Shown: positions 1 through 10,311 of the stretch, one piece after another
How the letters are laid out: each line of letters begins with the position of its first letter
How positions within the stretch are numbered: the first letter of the stretch is position 1
Assembly: GCA_022822785.1 (NCBI GenBank)
Contig: JAJEAL010000117.1
Coordinates: 4,747 to 68,746 of the forward strand
Length of the DNA stretch: 64,000 nt
Origin: Candidatus Poribacteria bacterium
GTDB lineage: Bacteria; Poribacteria; WGA-4E; PCPOR2b
Direction: 5' to 3'
Made by a program: the position numbers and the translations under genes
Notes under the pieces: generated by a model
The model's input: the letters and a program-made list of their open reading frames with translations, nothing else
Database searches by the model: none
Told to the model about the DNA's origin: nothing

Positions 1-195
1 CCGTCTCTATTCTACACTATCAAGCGATGCTACGGAGATAACGAGGCATCAAGCTATCTCCATACCTACAAAGGAACGAAGGGTCGCCCAAGCGTTGTTT
101 TCATCGCGGGAGGCAATGCAACTCGTTTTTAGGGAGATTTGTCTGTGTTATTGGCACTTCTAACGATTAACCTTTAACTGTAAGGAAGTTTTGCC

Positions 196-429
196 ATGAA
201 ACGCTTTGCCACACTAACCCTGATATTTGCACTATCAATCGTTTGTGTAATTGATTCTTCTGCAGGTCTATATCCCCCAGGAACGTGGGATCACACTGCG
301 ATGGCAACTATATCGACACTTGAAGCGACGCATATCGTTGTCGGTGAAGTAACGCATGTCTCTTTTGTCTTTCGGCAAGACGGCTCTGAACCCCTCAGTT
401 TGGTAAATCTCAAAGGAGGAGTATCATGA
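196..429 (+). CDS. Short secreted hypothetical protein, probably a truncated remnant
   Basis: RBS 'taagga' upstream; N-terminal signal-peptide-like MKRFATLTLIFALSIVCVIDSSA; ends abruptly, overlapping a 22-codon signal-peptide-only ORF (426-494). Confidence 0.4.
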   Translation: MKRFATLTLIFALSIVCVIDSSAGLYPPGTWDHTAMATISTLEATHIVVGEVTHVSFVFRQDGSEPLSLVNLKGGVS

Positions 430-695
430 AAGCCCTAGCAATCGTAACCATCGCACTAACCATCGGATTCACTGTAATTACCCCCAAAAACTAGACAGTT
501 GACTAAGGTATATTTCTCACTGGGAAAGCGGTCGTCATCTGTGCGACAATATGGGTCAGATTTTACACCTTAAATATAGCCCGTGGCTGTCTAAAGGATG
601 GGGGTAAGCTCATCTATACCCAGCCACCAACATAGAGCTATTAACTTTCTGCTCGGTATCACCTAACAGGCCAATGTCATAAAGGAGAAACTCTC

Positions 696-3600
696 ATGTA
701 TGCACGGCACAAACAACCCATAGTCTTTATCCTATTTCTCTGCTGTTTTGTATCTGTTCTCTTACCGATTGCCCACGCTCAAGACGAAACGGTTGATGAA
801 AAAATCGTCATGCGCTATAAGCAGATGCTGGAGCGCAAACCGAAAGAGGGTAGTACGTTTGACCGCTTGTATCAGCTTTATCTTGAAGGGCAGGGCTTGG
901 ACCAGATGGTTGTTGACTATCAAACGGAGGCGGGGGCAAAACCGGAGGATCCGAACCTACAATTGATTCTGGGGCATATCTACAAGCGATTGGGCAAAAA
1001 TACGGAAGCAATCGCGGCGTATAAGCGTGCTGTTGATTTAGCACCGGACAATTACTATCCGCACTTTGCGCTTGGACAGATGTATGCGACGTTGCGTCAG
1101 CATGAGGAAGCAACAGCTGCGCTCACAAAGGCGGCGGATCTTGCGATAGCGTCACAGGCTGCCACGCCTGATGAATTGACAGCTACCTATAAAGCGCTTG
1201 GACGCGCCTATTTCCGTCGCGATCGGATAGATGAGGCGATTGCGGCGTGGGTCAAAATGGCTGAATTGGATCCGGAGAACCTCTTCTCCCGTATTGAGTT
1301 GGCGGATCTGTTTCGTGAGGGTGAACTTTACACCCAAGCCATCGAACAGCACGAGGCGATTGTCGAATTGAAGCGGGATGACCCGTATCGAGTCTGTTTG
1401 AGTCTGCGGGAGATTGGGAAGATTCAGGAGGAGATGAGGGGATACGATGCTGCCGTCCAAAGCTATGACAAAGCCCTTGCGTTGACAGGGCCTGGAAACT
1501 GGTTACGAAAAGACTTGCATCAACGCATCATCGGTATCTACGCCCACAACGGGGATTGGCCCGGCTTAATCACCTATTATGAGGGCAAACTCGCCCAAAC
1601 ACCGAATGATGTGGAATTGATTGGCTTGCTTGCCAGTGCCTATATCGAGAATGAGGAGATGGATGAAGGCATCGCCAAGTACAGGCAGGGATTGGAACTT
1701 GCTCCGACGGACGCTGGACTCCGCCTGAACCTTATCGCTGTTTTCCGTAACACCGAGAGATTTGAAGAAGCGGCAGCAGAATATGAAATCTTCAGCGAGG
1801 CGCAGCCGGACGATTTTGGGATCTACCGTGAACTCGGCGAATTGTACCTGCAACTGGAGGACGAAGATAGAGCAAAGGCAACCTATCAGCGGATGATTGA
1901 CCGTGATTCAGATAATGCAGGAACCCACCTCATCCTCGCTGAAATTTACACAGGGCATGGATGGACAGATGATGCTGTTGCAGCATACGAAAAAGCAATT
2001 TCGCTCGCGCCTGACAATCTCGATTACATCGAGTATTTCGGTGAATTCTACTTTCGTCAAGGAAATCGTGAGAAGGCTGTCGAGACGTGGAATCGGATGG
2101 TCGCCCCCCTATTTCCCCCCGCAAGCGGGGAGATAAAGGGGGGTAGTGCCGAGAATTATGACCGCCTCGCACAGTTGCTGGACACCAAGTATTTCCGGGG
2201 GGAAGCCATCGCCGCAAGTCGAAAGGCGGTTGAGTTGGGGCCCGGTGAGTATCGCTACCGTGAGGCGTTGGCGCAGCGGTTGATGGAAAACAAGGATTAT
2301 GAGGAAGCGTTGGCTGAGTACACGGAAGCTGCGAAGTTAGCACCGAACCCCTTCTTCGCAGAGCGGATGACCGATCAGCAGATTGAAATCTATCGGCGTC
2401 AGGGTATCTTGGCGGAGAAAATTGACGAGTTGGAAGGGTTGCCTGAAAGTTTTGAACAACAGAAACAGCTTGCCAAAATGTATCTCAAGCTGGGGAACGT
2501 GACAAATGCACTTGCAATTCTGATTCAGGCAAGAGGACTCAAACCAGATGATGTACAAGTCAATCGCTGGCTGGTGGAGCTGTATACCAGAAGTGGACGG
2601 CGTGACGAAGCGGTCGCTATTTACAATCATCTCGTTCAGGTTGATGCCGGGAATGCACGGGAATACTATTCAGATAACGCACGTCTCCATCTGCGTGCGA
2701 TGGACTTCGACGCCGCCATCACAGCCGCAAAACAGGCGATTGCACATAGCCCCCGGAATCCGGAGGGGCACCAACTACTTGCCACAATCGAGAAGCAGCG
2801 TGGACATTACGACGCGGCGGCCGATAGCCTCAAACAGGCAATCCGTTTGCGCTCCGACTCCACCGACATTCGTGCCGAACTTGCAGATGTGTATCAGCAA
2901 GCGGGCGATTATCGGCAGGCAATTGAGCAGTATTGGCGATGCTGGGATCTGAGCGACGAACTCAGTGATAAGCTCTCGTTCGTCAATCGGTTAGAGGGCG
3001 CATATTATGATCTTGGACGAAGCGATGAGTTGGAAGATACGCTCCGGCAGATAGCAAGGGTAAACCCAAATGACCGAGGTCCCGTGTTAGGATTAGCAGA
3101 ATTGTACCGGAGGCAAGGAGACCTACCCGCTGCGAGAGAACAATTGGCACGAGCATTGGAGCAAGAGACGCAGAATCCCGCCCTACTGACGCAGTTAGTT
3201 AAAATTAACCTCGAACTTGGTGAAACGCAGCAGGCGCTTTCGTATCAGCAGCGGCTTGTCAAGGCACAGCCTAATCCTTATCACCAACAGAAACTTGGCG
3301 AAATGCTCTTTGACATTGGTCGAGAGCAGGAGGCAGTTCAGACGTGGTCAAAGCTGCTGCACGTTAGAAATAAAGATGTCGAAGCGGAGATAAAACTGGC
3401 AGAATTACTCAGTCAACATGGGTTGCTTGATGAAGCGCTTTCTGCGTTAGATCGTGCCGGAGAGAAAGTAACGGAGGCGAAAAAACTGTATCATATAGGT
3501 GCGTTGCTGGTCGAGATGAACGAATTGGAGCGCGCTACATCACATTTCGATCGAATACTGGCGATGCCCGAACCGTCTTCAGAAGCTAAGAAAAATGTGG

Positions 3601-6600
3601 GACAGGCTGGCCGCCCAACTGTTGGATCATCTCAGAAATCGTTCCTACCCGATACACGCCGGTTCAACTTAGTGAGAGATCTCGTCCATCGAATTCAGCG
3701 ACCATATTGGGGCTCAACTGGCGCGAGGTGGCTGCCGAGCAGTTTTGAGGAAGCTCAAGTTGGAGCGTTGACCCAACTCGGACTCATCGCCCAGCGCGAG
3801 CAACGGCTTGATGATTTTATTGCAGGTTTTGAGGCGAAGGCGGAGGCACACCCCCAGGATCTCCGGGGCTTGGAAACTTTAGCGCAGGTCAGCATTCTGA
3901 TGGAGAACCCCGATAAAACGCTGCAAACTGTCGAGCGCCTGATTGCGTTGTCACCGAGCGATTTGTCCTATAGAGCGATCCAGCTTGATCAGGCATTACA
4001 GCGCGACTTGGATTACGAAGGGGCAAAGAGCTATCTCGATGGACTCAGCCAACTCTCTCTTGAAGCGCGGTTATGGTATACCAGCCAATTGGCAAACACC
4101 CTCTATCGGGGTGGCAATCAGGCTGATGCGGAGAAGTTGGTGCATGAAATCGAAGATACGGGTGTAACAGATGTGCAGGTTCTATCGGAGGTTGTCAGGA
4201 CATTGACACAGATCGGAGAGACAGACGCGGCAGAGCGAATCTTAGCGCAGCTGCCTGCTACTTCAAACGTTACCCGAGGGGCAAGCCGAGCGGGTCAGGG
4301 GGCACGGTCTCGCCGGACCATGTATTCAAACCTTTCCTACGCCTACGTGCGCGATGGACAGATTGACAAGGCAGTCACCGTCTTCCGGAAATTTTTCGAA
4401 CACACCAAAGCTGCCGTTGCCAACTCCCGTATGATCTCAATTGCATACAGTTCGCACAGCTACGGTGGGTATAATCCGGTGCAAACCAATTTCCCAGCGT
4501 CCAGCATCTACTATAATCAAGATCGGCTGCAATTCTTGCAAGAGTTTTTTCTTTATCTCTGGACGTGGAATCAACTGGAGCCGTTATATGCAAAGTTTCA
4601 GGCAGAATTTGAGGGGGCTAAAGGCGAAGATCGGATTTATCCCGGTTTGGCGTTGAGTTATTTTTATTGGTGGGAAGGAAAACGCGATAAGGCAGAGGAA
4701 ATTTTAGCGGAATTGCAAGCGGAGTTTCCTGATAATCTAACGCTGACGCTCCAGGCCGCCTTTGTCTCCCTCCATACTGGAAACCATCAAGAAGCAATGG
4801 AGGCTTTCACTAAGGTTGCCGATAAGGATCGGCGGAATCGCCAACAGTATAACGACCTTATTCTACAAGTTGCCATCTACACAGGCGATACAGTCAAGGT
4901 GCGCGAACTACTATCAAAGATCCTCAGTTCACCCGTTAGTGCGAGATCACTACAACAATTTGCTGAAAAGCTGCAGCAGAGCGGGTTGATACAGTATGCG
5001 ATTGTGGCATCGAAGGGCGCGATGAAGCTCGCCATGGGACAGCGTGATCCGAACTTTTTGATTCAACTAAGTCAACAGTTAGAAGAGCTCGGCAGAGGAC
5101 AGGATGCGGCAATCGTTGCAGAAAGAGCCTTGCGCTTTGCTAACCGGCGGGATCGGTACGGGCAGACGATGCACAATTGGTACTTCCAGCAGGCGTCAAA
5201 TATGGCGCGCCGTCGAGCGACCAAGGAACGGGAGGATCTACTTACTCTGGCTGCCGAGAAAAACCCAAACTCTTTTCGCGCACAGATTAATCTCGCCACC
5301 TATTATGAAGCCATGAATCAAATCGATAAAGCTTCAAAAGCCTTTGACACTGCGTTAGGTTTGCGCCCAAAGGATGGGGTGACCCGCCAGCGGTATGCCC
5401 AGATGCTGATGCGGGGTGGCCGTGCTGATGCAGCGGTCGCGCAATATACTATACTGCTCAGAGATGATCCCAACGCACTTGGTCACAATTTCTGGAACGT
5501 GATGCACACTTTTTTCCGAGCGGGAAAAGCAGCGGAGATTGCTTCTCTGGCGAAGGGAACGATCCGCCCTTCGATTGGGCGTGGCTTCGGTCCTCCTTTT
5601 GCAGAAAGTGTGGCGCAGGAATGTATTAGGTTCAATTATCCTGAAGGTGCGGTGGAGATTTATGAAAAGCTGCTGGCGGTCAATCCCAGTAATACTCGGA
5701 CCTATGATCAGCTTGCATCCGCGTACACTGCAGCCGGTGATCGGGACAAGGCTATCCAATTCCTGCGCACACAGTTGAAGGACAGTGAATCAGCAATCTT
5801 GAAAAATCGCAGAACGCAGATTCAGATGGTCCAGAAGTTAATTGAGTTATACAAGGTGTCGGGAGAGTTAGATGTGCTACGTGAAGAGTATGAGGGGCGG
5901 TTGGCAGAGAATCCCGATGACACGCTGCCGGTCTACTTGGTTGCGTTAATGCGGGTTGAAAGCGGGGCGATTGAAGGAGCTGAACCGCTTGTCAATCAAC
6001 TGTTAGATGATCCATCAGTAATAAATCAGGAATGGTACAACAAACTCGCGGAAGCCTATCGCACCGCGGGCGACCAAGAACGCGAGGTACGCCTGCTTGA
6101 GCGGGCAGTTCAAAAACTCAGTCCGTGGAATACCTATCAGAAGTCCGATATGTACGGAAAACTTGGCGCAGCGCAGGCACAACAAGGGGATAAGGAGAAG
6201 GCAGCGGACAGTTTTAGGAAAATGGGAAGTCTGCGCCTGCTGGTGTTTGGGGGTAGCAGCTATTGGGAAAAACAGGAAATCGCCAGTCGATTTATGCAGC
6301 ACGAAATGTGGGATGATGCCGAGGCGATGTATACGGAAGTCCTCAATGATCTATCGGTGGATCAGTACCATCGTGAACAGGCGCAGGAACGGTTGATGGA
6401 GATTAAGCGGCGAAAAAGTGGGCTTCAGACGACAACCCGTCTAGAAGAAAAAACGGGGAAGATGAAGGTTGGCATACAGCGGGTATTGGCGAAGCAGTAC
6501 ATGCAGCGCGACCAACTCAGCAAAGCAGCAACGCTCTACAAGCAGATCATCGCGGTGATGCCCGAAGACCTTGAATCCCGTGCGGAACTCGCCCGGATTT

Positions 6601-9536
6601 ATTCACGCCAAAATAAACACGAGGCGGCAATCACCGAATGGGACACGTTGCTAGAAGCGGATCCGGAAAACATGAAATATCAGGACGGACTGGTGAATGC
6701 CTATCAATCCGCTGACAGAACTGATGAGGCTATTGAGCTCGCACAAGGGTTCATCGAAGCGGAGGAGAGTGGCGTTCACTATGCTCGCCTTGCCAAAGTT
6801 TATGCAGCCATTGATCGGATTGATGAGGCGATTGCCACTTATCAAAAGGCAATCGAGATTAATCCCGGCGATAAAAATGTCTATCAAGAGTTGGCACAAC
6901 TCTACATACGGAAAGAGGATTTTGAGTCGGCAGAAAAGATGTTCCAGTACGCAATCCAATACACCGGGGAAGAGTGGGAACGGCAGGACATTGAACGACA
7001 ACTGATGGAGCTCTATCGTCGTCAAGGGAAGCTAGAAGGTATGCTTCAACAGGCAGAATCTGAAGGGCTGCTTTCTTTCGAGATGCAGCGGCAGCGGGCA
7101 CAGGATTATGCCAGTCAAGGTGAATGGGAACAAGCTGCGAATGCCTATAAGAAGGCAATGGACATGACCACACAGAGCTGGGAGAGGAATGAGGTTTCTA
7201 CAGAGTTGGTAAAAATCTATGCACAACTTGGACAGATCGATGCCGCTATTGATCTCTATAAAACCCTGTCCCGGTCCGGTCTAGGCGGTATGTCTATGAC
7301 TTGGTCGAGCCCAACAGGTTTCCAAATCTACTTTGCCGGTGACCAGGCGCGTGAATCCCTGATTAATACCTATCGGAGTCAGGGCAAGTTGGATGACCTG
7401 CTCGCCTACTTTGAGGCGCAGGGCTTGGAAACAGCTGAAAATCCAACGAGGCTTGAAATCACCGCCGAAATCCATCGAACTCGCGGCGATTATGCAAACG
7501 CTGCGAAAAGTTATCAAACGCTTGCCAAAGTCCAACCCGGGAACGTTCGGAGTTATTATTACGCTGCTGCGGCTCTTAATAAAAATGGTGAGCCGGAACT
7601 GACGCAAACGATGTTGGATGAGGGAGAAGCTGCCCTATCTGCCGACATGCAGTGGAATCAGGATATGTGGCGTTTGACAGCACTTGGGAGTATCTGCGTT
7701 GAGGGAGAGCTATACAATCCGGCAATTAAGCTCATTGAAGACGCTATCATGTATGCTGGACGTTACGGCGGCGGTGGTCACGAACGTCCACAACTGTATA
7801 ATATGCTCGCTCAAAGCTATCTCGGCATGGAACGCTATGAGGAGGCGATGAATGCCTATCAAGATCTGGAAAATGCTGCTCAGGACGATGGAATGCGACA
7901 GGTCGCGCGAGATGGGATGCGTCGGGCATACAGAGCCGGGAATCTGCATGAGAAGATGGCTGCCGAGCGGGTGCAGGCGGTTGAGAACAATCCCGAGGAC
8001 CCGGATGCCCACTTCGCCTTAGCGCAAACCTACGAATGGAGCGGTATGCACGACAAGGCAATCGCCGCTTACAAGCGTGCCGACGAGTTGAATCCTGACA
8101 GCACCATTATCTTAGACCGGTTAGCAAAACTGTATACCGATGCAGATCCTGAACAGGCGAAAATTCTCTACAAACGCCTCATTGCACTGGTAGATGAGCC
8201 TAGCGACCGCCTCCAAAAGCGGTGGCTGTTGATTGAAGTATACAAGAGGCTAGACGAACTCGACACTGCCATCGCAGAGCTGCGTGACTTTGTCGAAGCA
8301 GCTGCGGAAGAGTTTGAACGTGAGGCAGCACTCCGCTTGCTCTGGAACATCTACAAGGATGAAGAACGGAAAGGCGAAAGGGTTGCTATTTTTGAAGAGC
8401 TTGCATCGCAAATTGGAGAAAATGCAACCGTGTATGAACTGCTCGGAGATGCCTACGAAGCGGTAGGGAATCAAGAAAAAGCGAGCATAGCTTACACACA
8501 ATGGGTTGAATTCCGTCAAACAGAGATAAATCGGGGGGGACGCAATTGGGACTATTACCACCTTGCGGGCCAACTGCTCCGAAAGGGGATCATGCCCGAC
8601 AAAGCGCTTGAATTCGCCAAACGTGTGACGCAGGCACACCCTGACCCGCACTATGACGCGATGTTGGGAGAGGCGTACCTCCTCAATGAACAGTATGAGG
8701 AATCTGAGAAGAGTTTCAAACGGGCACTTGCCAACCCTGATTTACCTTTCGATACAGAGGCGATATGGCCCCATCTGAAGCGAGCGGGTAAAAATGTGAA
8801 GGACGAGGAACGTTTTATACAGTTGATGGAGGTATTAACAGGAACCATCCTCCTTAATACAACCGAACGGATGCACGCAAATTTGGTGTTGTCGACGTTC
8901 TACCACGAGCACAATCAACCCGAAGAAGCGGAACGATATATGCGGAAATCGGGCATTGTGCCTGAAAGCGCGTGGTGGGTTCTTGGGCCGTTTGACAATG
9001 CAGGGGATGTCGGCTATAATAAAGCTTACATACCGGAGGCCGCCGTGGAGATTGATAAAACCGCGGCATACGAAGGCACAGATGGACAAATCGGTTGGGA
9101 ACAGAGGACGGATGAGACCTTTGATGGCTTAGTTGATTTCGCACCAATCTTCGGTTTCGAGGGCTTAAATCCAGCGCTAGGCGACATGGAACAACCAAAT
9201 CCTCAGCTTGACACTGTACTTGCCTACACCTGGACGACAGTCGCCGCTCCCGATGAACGAGGAGCACGGATCTGGATCTCTACCCACAACCCCGCGAAAA
9301 TTTGGTTCAACGGGAAAGAAGTTTCCACAATCAACCAAGCCCAGCAACCTATGCCTGATAATCAACACATGGTCCCCGTGACGCTCCAAGCCGGGGAAAA
9401 TAGCATCCTCGTCAAACTCAGTGGACGGCAGTGGGGATGGAAACTCCAGTTGTGGTTCACAGACGTAGATGGCTTCCCGTTTGAGGATTTGGAGTTTATA
9501 AATTCACCGACAATCCAACAGGCAGTGGAGAAATAA
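696..9536 (+). CDS. Giant secreted tetratricopeptide-repeat (TPR) protein with a C-terminal beta-sandwich ('WWVLGPFDN...', PA14-like) domain
   Basis: 2946 aa; RBS aaaggag; signal peptide ending AHA-Q; dozens of TPR motifs (e.g. AIAAYKRAVDLAPDNYYPHFALGQMY). Confidence 0.9.
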   Translation: MYARHKQPIVFILFLCCFVSVLLPIAHAQDETVDEKIVMRYKQMLERKPKEGSTFDRLYQLYLEGQGLDQMVVDYQTEAGAKPEDPNLQLILGHIYKRLGKNTEAIAAYKRAVDLAPDNYYPHFALGQMYATLRQHEEATAALTKAADLAIASQAATPDELTATYKALGRAYFRRDRIDEAIAAWVKMAELDPENLFSRIELADLFREGELYTQAIEQHEAIVELKRDDPYRVCLSLREIGKIQEEMRGYDAAVQSYDKALALTGPGNWLRKDLHQRIIGIYAHNGDWPGLITYYEGKLAQTPNDVELIGLLASAYIENEEMDEGIAKYRQGLELAPTDAGLRLNLIAVFRNTERFEEAAAEYEIFSEAQPDDFGIYRELGELYLQLEDEDRAKATYQRMIDRDSDNAGTHLILAEIYTGHGWTDDAVAAYEKAISLAPDNLDYIEYFGEFYFRQGNREKAVETWNRMVAPLFPPASGEIKGGSAENYDRLAQLLDTKYFRGEAIAASRKAVELGPGEYRYREALAQRLMENKDYEEALAEYTEAAKLAPNPFFAERMTDQQIEIYRRQGILAEKIDELEGLPESFEQQKQLAKMYLKLGNVTNALAILIQARGLKPDDVQVNRWLVELYTRSGRRDEAVAIYNHLVQVDAGNAREYYSDNARLHLRAMDFDAAITAAKQAIAHSPRNPEGHQLLATIEKQRGHYDAAADSLKQAIRLRSDSTDIRAELADVYQQAGDYRQAIEQYWRCWDLSDELSDKLSFVNRLEGAYYDLGRSDELEDTLRQIARVNPNDRGPVLGLAELYRRQGDLPAAREQLARALEQETQNPALLTQLVKINLELGETQQALSYQQRLVKAQPNPYHQQKLGEMLFDIGREQEAVQTWSKLLHVRNKDVEAEIKLAELLSQHGLLDEALSALDRAGEKVTEAKKLYHIGALLVEMNELERATSHFDRILAMPEPSSEAKKNVGQAGRPTVGSSQKSFLPDTRRFNLVRDLVHRIQRPYWGSTGARWLPSSFEEAQVGALTQLGLIAQREQRLDDFIAGFEAKAEAHPQDLRGLETLAQVSILMENPDKTLQTVERLIALSPSDLSYRAIQLDQALQRDLDYEGAKSYLDGLSQLSLEARLWYTSQLANTLYRGGNQADAEKLVHEIEDTGVTDVQVLSEVVRTLTQIGETDAAERILAQLPATSNVTRGASRAGQGARSRRTMYSNLSYAYVRDGQIDKAVTVFRKFFEHTKAAVANSRMISIAYSSHSYGGYNPVQTNFPASSIYYNQDRLQFLQEFFLYLWTWNQLEPLYAKFQAEFEGAKGEDRIYPGLALSYFYWWEGKRDKAEEILAELQAEFPDNLTLTLQAAFVSLHTGNHQEAMEAFTKVADKDRRNRQQYNDLILQVAIYTGDTVKVRELLSKILSSPVSARSLQQFAEKLQQSGLIQYAIVASKGAMKLAMGQRDPNFLIQLSQQLEELGRGQDAAIVAERALRFANRRDRYGQTMHNWYFQQASNMARRRATKEREDLLTLAAEKNPNSFRAQINLATYYEAMNQIDKASKAFDTALGLRPKDGVTRQRYAQMLMRGGRADAAVAQYTILLRDDPNALGHNFWNVMHTFFRAGKAAEIASLAKGTIRPSIGRGFGPPFAESVAQECIRFNYPEGAVEIYEKLLAVNPSNTRTYDQLASAYTAAGDRDKAIQFLRTQLKDSESAILKNRRTQIQMVQKLIELYKVSGELDVLREEYEGRLAENPDDTLPVYLVALMRVESGAIEGAEPLVNQLLDDPSVINQEWYNKLAEAYRTAGDQEREVRLLERAVQKLSPWNTYQKSDMYGKLGAAQAQQGDKEKAADSFRKMGSLRLLVFGGSSYWEKQEIASRFMQHEMWDDAEAMYTEVLNDLSVDQYHREQAQERLMEIKRRKSGLQTTTRLEEKTGKMKVGIQRVLAKQYMQRDQLSKAATLYKQIIAVMPEDLESRAELARIYSRQNKHEAAITEWDTLLEADPENMKYQDGLVNAYQSADRTDEAIELAQGFIEAEESGVHYARLAKVYAAIDRIDEAIATYQKAIEINPGDKNVYQELAQLYIRKEDFESAEKMFQYAIQYTGEEWERQDIERQLMELYRRQGKLEGMLQQAESEGLLSFEMQRQRAQDYASQGEWEQAANAYKKAMDMTTQSWERNEVSTELVKIYAQLGQIDAAIDLYKTLSRSGLGGMSMTWSSPTGFQIYFAGDQARESLINTYRSQGKLDDLLAYFEAQGLETAENPTRLEITAEIHRTRGDYANAAKSYQTLAKVQPGNVRSYYYAAAALNKNGEPELTQTMLDEGEAALSADMQWNQDMWRLTALGSICVEGELYNPAIKLIEDAIMYAGRYGGGGHERPQLYNMLAQSYLGMERYEEAMNAYQDLENAAQDDGMRQVARDGMRRAYRAGNLHEKMAAERVQAVENNPEDPDAHFALAQTYEWSGMHDKAIAAYKRADELNPDSTIILDRLAKLYTDADPEQAKILYKRLIALVDEPSDRLQKRWLLIEVYKRLDELDTAIAELRDFVEAAAEEFEREAALRLLWNIYKDEERKGERVAIFEELASQIGENATVYELLGDAYEAVGNQEKASIAYTQWVEFRQTEINRGGRNWDYYHLAGQLLRKGIMPDKALEFAKRVTQAHPDPHYDAMLGEAYLLNEQYEESEKSFKRALANPDLPFDTEAIWPHLKRAGKNVKDEERFIQLMEVLTGTILLNTTERMHANLVLSTFYHEHNQPEEAERYMRKSGIVPESAWWVLGPFDNAGDVGYNKAYIPEAAVEIDKTAAYEGTDGQIGWEQRTDETFDGLVDFAPIFGFEGLNPALGDMEQPNPQLDTVLAYTWTTVAAPDERGARIWISTHNPAKIWFNGKEVSTINQAQQPMPDNQHMVPVTLQAGENSILVKLSGRQWGWKLQLWFTDVDGFPFEDLEFINSPTIQQAVEK
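2104..2143. repeat. GC-rich palindromic (REP/RPE-like) element inside the TPR coding sequence
   Basis: CCCCCCTATTTCCCCCCGC-AA-GCGGGGAGATAAAGGGGGG: 19-bp arms, 16/19 complementary; read in frame as PLFPPASGEIKGG. Confidence 0.7.
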
Positions 9537-9553
9537 GAGTACGAGGAGAAATT

Positions 9554-10231
9554 ATGAAATATCCAATCATTTTGACCACCGTTGGGTTATTTTTGTTAAA
9601 CCCAATCGCCTCACCGCAAGGAGAGAGCGGATCTGATTCAACGAAAACCCGCTGGAATGAGCGTTATGATCGCGATATGTATATCTACGGCAAAGAACCA
9701 GCAGCTTTTCTTGAGAAGAAAATTGAGAAACTAAAGAAGGGGAAAGCGCTCGTCTTGGCGATGGGGGAGGGACGGAATGCGGTCTATCTTGCCCAAAATG
9801 GCTTTGATGTCACAGGCGTAGATATTTCCGAAGTCGCTATCGAAAAATGCAACAAGCTAGCAAAGGAAAGAAACACAACGGTCAACGCTGTTGTCGCCGA
9901 TTTGACAGACTATGACATGGGCGAAGCGCAGTTTGACTTGATTACAAAATTCTACTACTACGAACCGTCAATCTTTCCACAGATTATTGACGCGCTCAAG
10001 CCGGGGGGCATGTTTATCCTTGAGCAGTTCTCAATTGACCACCTCAAATACAGGGAAACTAGCCGCTTTGGTCCGAGAAACCCCGACTACCTCATAAAAC
10101 CCAACGAACTCTTGGAACACTTCAAATCGTTGCGGATACTCTACTATGAAGACACCGTCGTGGAACTTGATGAAGGGATGCACAAAGGAGCGGCGGCAGT
10201 CATTCGACTCATCGCAGAGAAAGTGGAGTAG
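9554..10231 (+). CDS. Class I SAM-dependent methyltransferase (TehB-like) with N-terminal signal-like segment
   Basis: Motif I ALVLAMGEGRNAVYLAQNGFDVTGVDIS; RBS gaggag. Confidence 0.85.
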   Translation: MKYPIILTTVGLFLLNPIASPQGESGSDSTKTRWNERYDRDMYIYGKEPAAFLEKKIEKLKKGKALVLAMGEGRNAVYLAQNGFDVTGVDISEVAIEKCNKLAKERNTTVNAVVADLTDYDMGEAQFDLITKFYYYEPSIFPQIIDALKPGGMFILEQFSIDHLKYRETSRFGPRNPDYLIKPNELLEHFKSLRILYYEDTVVELDEGMHKGAAAVIRLIAEKVE

Positions 10232-10311
10232 TTGTTGAACAAAGTACACATTCTGATGTAAACGCAGTCCGACCTTTAATTGGTGTCCAAAATCAGAAAG
10301 GAACCGAGCAA

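Noticed and set aside
748-9389. Numerous short alternative-frame ORFs within the TPR gene, and likewise within other long CDSs
   Set aside because: Shadow ORFs overlapping well-supported genes, without RBS or motifs.
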